DNA of 64,000 nt from NCBI GenBank assembly GCA_002633005.1, contig NMRA01000194.1:665830-729829 (forward strand). The letters are read 5' to 3'. Under the pieces are notes generated by a model. It did no database searches. It was not told the origin of the DNA and saw only the letters and a program-made list of their open reading frames with translations. This document shows positions 54,501-64,000 of this stretch, one piece after another; within the stretch, counting starts at the first letter, position 1, and every line of letters begins with the position of its first letter. This DNA is from Phoronis australis. Its lineage: Eukaryota > Animalia > Phoronida. A program made the position numbers and the translations under genes.

Positions 54501-57500
54501 GCCGAGTGCAAGCTGGCAAAATTGCCCATCATGATGGCCGAGTAAACAATAAAAGTAGCTCAAACGACCTGTCATGATAGGCAAACAGTTCCTTGTCCAA
54601 ACACTCTTAACGTGCACTGTAGACAGTCATTAGTACAGATCTCAACACTTGCCACGGAAGAGGTTCATAAATTCACGTGTGGAACCGTTTGAAAAGAAGG
54701 TGGCTAACTGCCAGGGACCATTTAAAAATGTAGCAATGGGTCAATTGACTAACAGGGCCATAAATCCAACTTGGAAGACCTATGGGTCACGGTAGCATTT
54801 CACGGAGTCGGACGTCGATTTTTAAGGGACGTATTTTCATGTCTAATTCCGTCTGCTATCTCTGTACATTATGAGAATTGTGATTGATCTAAATGGCTAA
54901 CTACATTTCAACTGATCCAAACACACAAATCCACTGCTGTAGCTTTATTCTCTATATCCGCTGTGCCCAATGACACTAAATTAAACATGTTTTTAGGTCA
55001 CTGACCTTAGTTTTAACCATCTGCTCTGCATTGTCATTGTGATAGAATAGGAATGCAATAGGTATTACTCAAGACAAAGTAAGACTTGCATGTACCTAAC
55101 ACAATTTCTATGATTTCATTAACTACATTACGTCAATGAAATTTTGTATGCATTAATGACATGGGTGCGCTCCGAAACCTTCCCTGCACATTAAACAAGA
55201 GCAATGTGGGTTTTTGGTAGATACTGAGACACAGGCAAATCAATCGTCACTAGAGGGTGCCACAGCAGTCGGACTTGACTGAAAAACACCATCAGACATG
55301 CACTTTCCATAAGAAACACATAATTATGCTGATTTTCATAATGATCCTTAGACTGGTTTGGCTAATAGAGACACGGGCATCAAAAACTCAACAACAAAAA
55401 AGGCCACTAAGTGGCGTACAATAAGTCAAATCTTAAATAAAAGCCTATTACACCACAAAATTTTATGGAAATACCTTGAGGAACTCCGAGGATAGAGGAA
55501 AACGTAAAAATCTAAATCAAAACAAAACCTTACGTCAAATCCACCTGAAAACAGAAAAATTGTTGTCGTCTCTAATAAAAACCTATTATTACAAAATTTC
55601 ATGAAAATCCATCAAGGAACTCTCAAGAAGTCTTAAAATTATTGTCAGCCTTTTTCTTTGCAGTAGGAACATTTATGATGATTTTCATAAAGACCTTCAG
55701 AGTGGTTAGGATGAGATAGAGAGGCAAACTCGATAATATTAAAAACACCCACTATGTGACTCAAAATACATCAAATCCATGCACAAACAAGGTGGTTTCT
55801 CCTCCCAAATATATAACTATTTTAATATATAACTATTTGACAAAATTCATAAACGTCCATTACGAAACTACACTGACACAGAGGTAAACGTAAAATTGAA
55901 CTTGCCGCGAGGGCATACAACGGAAGTCAGATCTGTATGATAGGAACACTGTCCATAAATTTTCATGAACATACAAGGGGTTTGGAGACACACCAAGCCG
56001 ATACTGGAACTGACCAGACACTGGACGAACAGGGAAAGCTGCATAATGCATCTATATATATATTTGGGCTCGTAAAAATAATATAATTCATGGTTACCTC
56101 ATACGCTGCCCCTAAATTTTGAAATTGTTCTTCAGCTGACGGGTCGCCCTTGTTCTTGTCTGGGTGCATTTCCTTGGCCAGTTTCCTGTATGCCTTTTTG
56201 ATTTGGTTTATAGATGCAGACCGCGGAACACCAAGAATTTTGTAGAAGTCACGCCTAGAAGAGATTATGCTGGTTGTACAAGTCAGTCAGATTCGAATCC
56301 CAAGTGCAGTAAAATTTCTTCAATTTGGAGAAAAACAATCGCTATAATAAGTATTTTCCTTTTTCGGAGGCTTACTAGATCTCTGCAATGTTCAAAATTT
56401 TACCACATGTGCTATAAAGTAAAAAACAAATGCTAAAGCAAAGTAAATTTTCTTAAAACTTAGGTTTTGTTAAGAAATTTGACAAAATAAAACTTCAATT
56501 GTATACCAGACTGTGTCCCAAACTGAATAAAAACAGCAACATTAAACAAAATAAGCGAAGAGTTTGACCTATTTTTGCTGTACCCAATAAGCGTGCTCAT
56601 AGAGTAACATATAAATGATGTTGCTGTTTTAGTTGATGTAAGCACTCTGAAGATGTCGTGAGGGGCCTTATGAGCATGCGCATTAGATGAAACTGATATG
56701 AGGCCTTCTTGCTTTTTGCTTTGTCGTGAATGTCGACGATTGAACTAGGAAGATCTGGAGGTATTTATGATATTTATTGGTTTCGATGTCAACAAATGGA
56801 AGCAATGAACGTGTTGCTGTCGCAGATAAAATGTTAAATTACTCTCAGACTTGACATGCTTGGGTTATTCCGGAAGTGGCCGGCAGACGACCATATTGAA
56901 TGTCAGTTGTGTACCTTTCTCTTTATTATGTTATATTGTAGAGGGCTACTTAAAGGTGCCTGTGCTCTATGACTATGACTTTCATTTTTAAATCTCATGG
57001 GCGGCGCACCACAGGGGGGTCTGAGGGGCTATAGCCCCCACTTTTTTCAGGGCTGCGCCGCAATTGAATCAGTGCGAGGCATAAATTCGCCGAATAGCTT
57101 CCAGCGTATAAAGCGCTTCTACTAGAGTCTACTAGACTAGTAGCCTTGGCTGTATATAAATATACAGCTTTGCACCGATGCGGGTAAAAAAGTGGTAAGA
57201 TAAAATCTGACACAAAATTAGCGTCATTAAAAACTAGTCTTCCTTGAGTAATTTAAATTATTCAACGGTGTAGGCAAAAATGGCGTTCTACCGCTATTCT
57301 GCTGCTAAAGTTGTGGAGTGATCTTTAGCGACCGCTTTCGGCGCCATGAAATTTTGCGTCACCTATTGGCCAGTTTCTTTTTTCGCCAATTCTTCAATCA
57401 ACTGTTGTTCTTTCATGAGGTTGCGTACACGTCACAATAAATTATCAGAACTGGTTTCACCTCATTAAAAGTTTTTAGAATTTTGGTAACGGAAAATCGA

Positions 57501-59156
57501 ATTTCAAAAGAAATTTTGTTGCTTCCAAGCTATCATTATCTCCCGAGAGATGTCGCAAAAATTTAGGAAATGGCGCGTGCACGTGACACGAGCGTACTGT
57601 TTTCAAAACGAGGAAATACTTTTCATTGTTAGAAAAGGCAGAGAGTTACGCAAGAAAATGAAGTTTATTGCATTGTTTTTCACTTAAACGGCTGTAACGG
57701 GCAAGGTGAGTGTCGGTTGACTCCCAGATTTTGCATGCAAACCGTCCGGTCTTTAGCTATAGATGTTGATTACAAGTTTTATGGCGCGGTGACGAGCAGA
57801 ACTACTTTGGCTGTGTGCAATTTCGCTGTCTACGGAAGAAATACACGCAGTGGGACCTAGCTGTATTTTGACGACAGTCTTCATACACTGATACAGCTGG
57901 CTGGCTGGTAGGCAATGACCATCGCCTCTGTTGGCCCGAACCAGAGGCGATGCAGAGGCTATAGGCGCTCTGTACGCTGGAAGGTTTTCAGCGAATTATG
58001 CCTCGCACCGACTAAACCATCAAAGACACGTTGTTATAAATACCTTCTGCGCATAGAGGAACACCTTAGGAGGTTGTCGATGTGTTTAAGTCCTTCCAAC
58101 TCGAACAAATACTCCCGTTATGAAACTTTTTCTTCGATCAGTCCCTATTTCAGTTCCCAAAATTGTGAAATCAAAATTTTTGTACTGCGCACGCTCCAAT
58201 TTTTACCGCGCTCGCTAGGTGATGTGACTTCATAACCTCAATAATTTTTAAATAGGCCAAAGGTGAGCCATTGCAGTCTTGTCAGTCAAATGTTCGTTTC
58301 CAAAATGCCACCACTTATACTTGTCTTTAATTGGCGTTACTTGAAACTGTTTGTATTTCAATGAATTATTGTTTGTATTTGATAAAAATAAATGCTGTTG
58401 ATATGACATTTAATAGTCTTTGTGCACATNNNNNNNNNNNNNNNNNNNNNNNNNNNNNNNNNNNNNNNNNNNNNNNNNNNNNNNNNNNNNNNNNNNNNNN
58501 NNNNNNNNNNNNNNNNNNNNNNNNNNNNNNNNGGGAGTATTTGTTCGAGTTGGAAGGAATTAAACACATCGACAACCTCCTAAGGTGTTCCTCTATGCGC
58601 AAAAGGTATTTATAACAACGTGACTTTGATGGTTTAGTCGGTGCGAGGCATAATTCGCCGAAAAGCTTCCGGCGTACAGAGCGCCTATAGCCTCTACATC
58701 GCCTCTGGTTCGGGCCAACAGAGGCGATGGTCATTGCCTAGCTGGCTACTAGACTTATAAGCAGAGTCAAGAGACGGTGGCACTGTCTAGAATCTTTTTC
58801 ACTATAGATTATCTGGTTCACAAAACCTGTAACCACTACAATCAGACCCCGACTAGTGCCCAAATTCGGTAAGCCTGTAAACTACATCTTGCGAGTGAAT
58901 TGTGATGCTTCTACGCTCAGCTGTGCCGTGCCCGTAGCCCGGCGTAGCCGGGCAGGAGAAAGAGCGAAGGGGTTTCCGATTTCGACTTTGCTAATAGCAT
59001 TTTCCTAACTTAAACTTACGTCCACTGAGATTGTGTAAGTTCAAAATGTTTCAAACTATTGGTACTGAGATTATCTTTCACTCACCCAGCTAAAACTTGA
59101 ACAAACACAAGGAAAATGCTCAAAGCTAGCAGACACAACTTCACGCTGTTCGCCAT
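48512..59156 (-). CDS. DNAJB11: DnaJ homolog subfamily B member 11 (ERdj3), spliced
   Basis: Exons 59156-59086 (signal peptide [24 protein letters not shown]), 56254-56098 (RDFYKILGV...HPDKN), 54418-54324, 53028-52902, 51969-51827 (RKCNCRQEM...CDDCPNV), 51460-51378, 50867-50810, 50001-49890, 49503-49344, 48576-48512 (YNGLQGY*). Phases consistent. Confidence 0.97.
50093..50148. repeat. Mini hairpin element (16-bp perfect inverted repeat)
   Basis: attttgagaaccagtt ... aactggttctcaaaat; degenerate copies near 37616-37670 and 38792-38846. Confidence 0.75.
50176..50300 (+). mobile_element. tRNA-derived SINE (degenerate)
   Basis: ggaggcagtgtagcctggttga (A-box-like) followed by ggtatgagtccc (B-box-like); 3' end uncertain. 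Confidence 0.55.
52598..52715. repeat. About 42-bp tandem repeat, about 2.6 copies
   Basis: aaatacaggaaagcaaactgagacctccctgggaaaacagtc repeated. Confidence 0.85.
57909..58740. mobile_element. Long-TIR (about 205 bp) foldback/Mutator-like element in DNAJB11 intron 1
   Basis: 57909-58115 is the reverse complement of 58533-58740 with few mismatches; flanks gctggctgg / gctggctac may be a degenerate 9-bp TSD; related fragments at about 57068-57121 and 59401-59470. Confidence 0.7.
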
Positions 59157-62100
59157 GTTGAAATTTTGCCACGGCATAGTAAGATGCATTGTGGGAAAAG
59201 TTCAGAAAGGTCAATTTCAGTGAACTCCTTCCGCGCGTAGGCCTACCAAACACTTATAGATTTCTAAACGGATGCAATAGCAGGTCCGTAGGAAGGAAAA
59301 TATTATTGGGGGGCACAAAATAATTCGACTTCGCCAAAATACCCCCCCCCTCTTCTTATGGCCACCACCTCGGGCCAACACACTGACGGTTGTTGGGAGG
59401 TATGCAATGACCATCGTCTCTGTTGGCTCTGGTTCGGGCCAACAGACTGGAGGCGATGGTCATCATCTAGCTTATATTATTGCCTAGTTGGGAGGTGCCT
59501 CAGCCCCGTGGCGCGGCTGCACTGAGATCTGCACGACAGTTGGAAACTATGGTGATGAACAAGGCTAGACGCTGGTCACCTCAGCTTAGCTTGTGCCTAT
59601 CCGTCTGCTCTGGCTCTAGGGTCAGGATTTGTTATCTAGTCATCAATTTCGTGAATCGTGGTCACTAGCATTCGATTCGGAAGGAAGTTTTTGAAAAGGT
59701 GAGTTCCGAGTCAAACTGGCCGGTATAGTGCTTGTTAAAGCACCCCCAGTAGTCCAGTTTCTGGTGGCTTGGGAAAGTGAGTGTGTCCCAAATGAATCAC
59801 ATACCCCGGCCGGTTGCATCAGTGACTGAACCGCTGAGAGTCCCCGGCGATCAACGAAGTTCCCTAAATCACTAGTTTGCGTTTTTGGGACTTGTGAAAA
59901 CATCGGTTAGCCTTTCTTCATTGTTTTAGTTTCATTACTAAGTGAACTTTTGTCTTGGATAGGCCTACAAATCGAGAGCGAACTCTACATTGAATTGTCA
60001 ATATATCTAAAATAACTGAGTCGAGTAGGGATCCGTTTTCATGAAACACCCGGCCCCAGTCAGTATTAAGGACTGAGTCCTGACTCCCAAGGCCTATACT
60101 TTTATTTTCAATGAACTCGGGGCTCACTAGTTGTTAGTTATATGGTGAGAAAATGTCATTAAAAATGTCATCAACATGCGTGCACCCAGTCTTTATGGGA
60201 GGCTCGCGACTCTCTGGCAAATTAAGTCAGTGGACCTTTGCTGACGGAGAAGGGCTGGGAGGACTAAAAATAAAACGGCCGTACCACCTTCAGGTCTGAT
60301 CAAAGATGAGCTCCAAAGATGAAATATTACTGAGAAAATTATTGCATCTGGGAGTCTATAAAGACACAAATACGCAAACTTGACGACTTTAACCTTATAG
60401 TTGAGTCCCTACTTGGGGCTGTTTCATGCAACCGACCACTGGAGTCAAATTCAGTTCTGCGCGGGCTTGCTGCATGCATGGTTACACACCTTATTTTTAA
60501 CGTGGGCCGTCAGTCATGACGTGCTCCGTCTTTATGTGCACGGGGATGGCATGCCAAACCGTGATTCAGTTTTGAAGAACAAAAATTCCTTGCGCATTAG
60601 TGACCACCGAAAACCAAAACGGCCAAGGAAGTGCATAGACAAACTTTTCAAGTTAATGAGCAACTTGTTTAATTTGATTCATATATAAGGACTTCTTTTT
60701 CGATCAACGGTTTGTGAATTCAAACCACTATAGTTCCTAAGTCAATAAACAATTTATTGTCGTTTGAATCGTGAGGACATTTTTGGGACACTTTGACTGT
60801 AGAGCTGTGTGACATTCATTAATCCTTGAGACTTATTTCAGATACACAAAAATCGTTTAGTTTACTTTGCTATTTGGCGATCTAATGGTAGATCGACTTT
60901 TCCCAATATCAGCCTGCAACTACGTTCAGTGAAGCATCGCCATTTCTTACAAAATTAGATTCTAATTGTCAAAAAATCATCAATCAATCATTCGACTTTC
61001 GTAGATACATAAACATCTAAATCAGAAACCAACAATTGATTTCATGAGCATTACGTTTACCTTGATTTAAAGACTTAATTCCATTTTGATCCCCTGTTTG
61101 TGCGTTTAAACGGCAAATCTTGTACCTTGGTCAAAAATCAAAGCATTTATTGTCATTTGAATTGTGTACATTTTTGGAATTTCAGTCATCAGATGACTTT
61201 GATAGTTATTTTAGATAGGCAAGGAAGTGCAGACTACCTTTCAAAGCAATGAGTTTAACTTTATTTATTTATTTTCTATCTACGGTTTGTGTGTCTGAAT
61301 TTCATCACTGTCTGAGAGTTATTTTAGATATGCAAAAATTGTCTAAGTGTACTTTACTATTTGGGGATCGGTTTATAGAGTTTTTACAACTTCAGGCTAT
61401 AATTAAAATCACTAAGACTTCATCAATTCTTATAAGATTACCTTCTAATTGCCAATAATCATCTATGAATCGATTTTCGTAGATACAGTACATAAATATG
61501 TAAATTAGAAACCAACGAATTTGTATATGAAAACGAAATCTTGCAAGTAGTTTCCGCAGACATGCTCACAGATTTTTGACGGGTAACCGTGGGAACATAG
61601 GAGATGGGATATTCGTGTTACGGTGGCTGTGTTTTTGTTCATTTCAGAGGTACCTATAACGGTTGAAGACTTAAACTTGAACTCCAAAAAGAAAACGCTG
61701 TAATCTTTGTTTATGGTTTCGAGTACTTTGAGTACCCCGTTCGATCACAAATCGTAGCCTCGACAGTCTTTTCGACATGAGCGAATTCCTTATAAACAAC
61801 TCCGAGTAACGATCTTTAAAAGAAGTACTATTCTTGTGATACTATGGGGAAAACTGGTAACATTATTTTATAACTAACCATCGGAAATATTCCTTTTGTG
61901 TAATTCACAATATTGGTCTTCACATTCTTCAAAATTCCACCCTTTCGATGGCCATCAATAGTATTGTATTTTCCCATATTTTGGTTGCTTGATTTCAACA
62001 TTGGGCCTTCTCTCCGTGAGCGGCCTCTTAGGTATTTTCAATAAAAACACGAAAAGGGTGGCAACTTGAATGTCATCAATGGCTCCCGTAAAGGTCTAGT

Positions 62101-63268
62101 CCCCTGAATATGAAAAGATCTACGTTAGTTTTCAAAAATCAGGAATGGGCAGCAATTGATGTTATATGTAAGGTCATCAGTTTTCTCAAGTCATTTACAA
62201 TTTCGCGAAAAAAGGAAAAAATAGAACTATAATTGTCTCCGTTTTCCTTTACCTCTGGAAAAAAGCAGTTTGCAGCAAAATTGTCTTATTAAATTTAAAA
62301 CCCGGTAAATAAATAAACTCCGCAAAAACTTCTCTTTATAGATTTTCTCTGTTTTTAGAAATACATGAATGAACGATTGATTAAGTGCACGTTTCCAAGT
62401 GCGTCTTGACGACCTATGCTGTAAAAACGGGAACGTACATTTGTAACAACAATTTCCAGGCCAGAGCCCTGAAAGGGTAAACCATGCACTCATACAGTGT
62501 TGTCAAATGTTCTCTTGAATTTTCTCTCGGCTCCGTGTTCCGCAGTCTTTGTTTTCTCGACTGTCCCCGACCCCACACCTACATGTATGTTGGTTGCCAC
62601 CCTGAAGCCTGCAAATTTTTGGGGGCACGTCCCCCCAGCTTCCTACGGCCCTGCATAGGTACCATGATCATGATCGAAAAATCGGCGTTTACAGCCGTTT
62701 TTTTAAAGCCAACTGAGCTAACTGAGGATTTGCACGCAAGTACCGAGATGAGATAGCGTTCACTGTTTACCCCCAGATCGAGGTGCAGCGAAGTCCCCGG
62801 CACGTCAAAGGCTTGATGACGCCGTCACGGATTCAAGACACAGTCGCTATCGCTTATTTAGCGTACGAGTTTCAAAGTCAAAAAAAAAAACAACAGCAAG
62901 ACAAACGGCCAACATGACTGCTTTTAAAATTGAAATGTAAGTAGTGGTGGTCTTTGAATTTTTAAAATCGAAGCATAATAAGAGAAATTAGCGAATAGGT
63001 TTTCTTCACCAAAGAGCATCCCAACGCACCCGGCGTTAACTGAAGAATTTGTGAACAAAGGACGGTTGGCGTGCTTAGGCTCCGGCCTGCGCTTAGCGTT
63101 GGGGTAACAAAACCCTAAATGTGCTAAGCGTACGTCTCATGATGTTCAGTGCAAATGTGAATCGAGTCGTGTTACAATTCAGAAGTATTTTGCACAAACT
63201 TTTTGGGGGAAATAAGTTTCAAATCATTCACTCTCATTTGTCATGTTGGCTACATTTAGTTGACATAN

Positions 63269-63830
63269 TACCACACAAAACCAATTCCATGTGATTCAAT
63301 ACATGTCACAGATCACTAAAACCCTTATGACAGACAAAATACACTCTGGGTTGTGCCCGGCAGAAACCCCCAAAAATCTCAACCACGGTATGCTATCAAA
63401 AATTTGAGCTAGGCTAGATTTTCGAGGTACCGGCCAAAACTGATTTAAAACGAACAATGGTACCGCACTGAACACCAAATAACCCATGACAGACAAATTG
63501 CACTCTGGAATGGGTCCGGCAGAAATCAAAAAGGACCCCCCAAAAATGAGCTAGCACATACATTCGAGGTACCACACAAAACCAATTCCATATGATTCAA
63601 TACATGTCACAGGTCACTAAATGCCCTATGACCGGCAGACAAAATACACTCTGGATTGTGCCTTGCAGAAACCCTCAAAAATCTCAACCACGGTTTGCCA
63701 TTTTTGAGACAGTTAGATTTTCAAGGTATCGGCTTAAACTGATTTAAAACCAACAATCGTGCTGCACTGAACACCCAATGACCCGTGAAAGACAAATTTT
63801 ACTCGGAAATAGTGGGCCAAAAACCCAGAA
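63269..63830. repeat. About 300-bp diverged tandem repeat
   Basis: ccacacaaaaccaattccat.tgattcaatacatgtcacag recurs at about 63271 and 63572, with related internal sub-repeats. Confidence 0.8.
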
Positions 63831-64000
63831 AGGAACTTAAAAAATGGAGGTACAATCGTCCATGCAGCTTTCCCCTGCTAGTTCAAGTACTCGGGTGGGA
63901 AATCCAAACAACTGGACAAGATGATAAAAATTGCACCACGAAAATCGAAGTACACAATTGGTGACAAAAGTGGTGTATTTATTAAGTTAACTGCAAAAAG

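Noticed and set aside
56460-56645. ORF as DNAJB11 exon 1
   Set aside because: No proper signal peptide with a good donor; the exon at 59156-59086 fits peptide, phase and donor.
57915-58734. Two near-identical ORFs [12 protein letters not shown] on opposite strands
   Set aside because: They are translations of the terminal inverted repeats with no recognisable domain.
59160-59700. ER-stress elements (ERSE/UPRE) upstream of DNAJB11
   Set aside because: No exact CCAAT-N9-CCACG or ATTGG-N-CCACG found by eye.

Overview
AT-rich, intron-rich animal genomic DNA from a draft assembly, with N gaps at 11679-12087, 38127-38305 and 58430-58532 and single Ns at 47635 and 63268. A marine invertebrate source is an inference. 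Five spliced genes were reconstructed exon by exon: KANSL2 (-), cyclin T (+), IQCB1/NPHP5 (-), RPE (+) and DNAJB11 (-). KANSL2 and cyclin T each carry a U12 minor-spliceosome intron and are also neighbours in human. Introns and intergenic DNA hold non-autonomous DNA transposons, SINE/LINE remnants and minisatellites. Main oddities: a dispersed foldback element whose arms carry minimal Penelope-type hammerhead-ribozyme motifs with a U3-A8 core; a 68-bp tandem array that multiplies an IQCB1 exon end plus its 5' splice site; and candidate splicing-control structures in cyclin T. Two gap-flanking duplications are probably uncollapsed haplotypes. Homology calls rest on recalled protein sequences, not searches.
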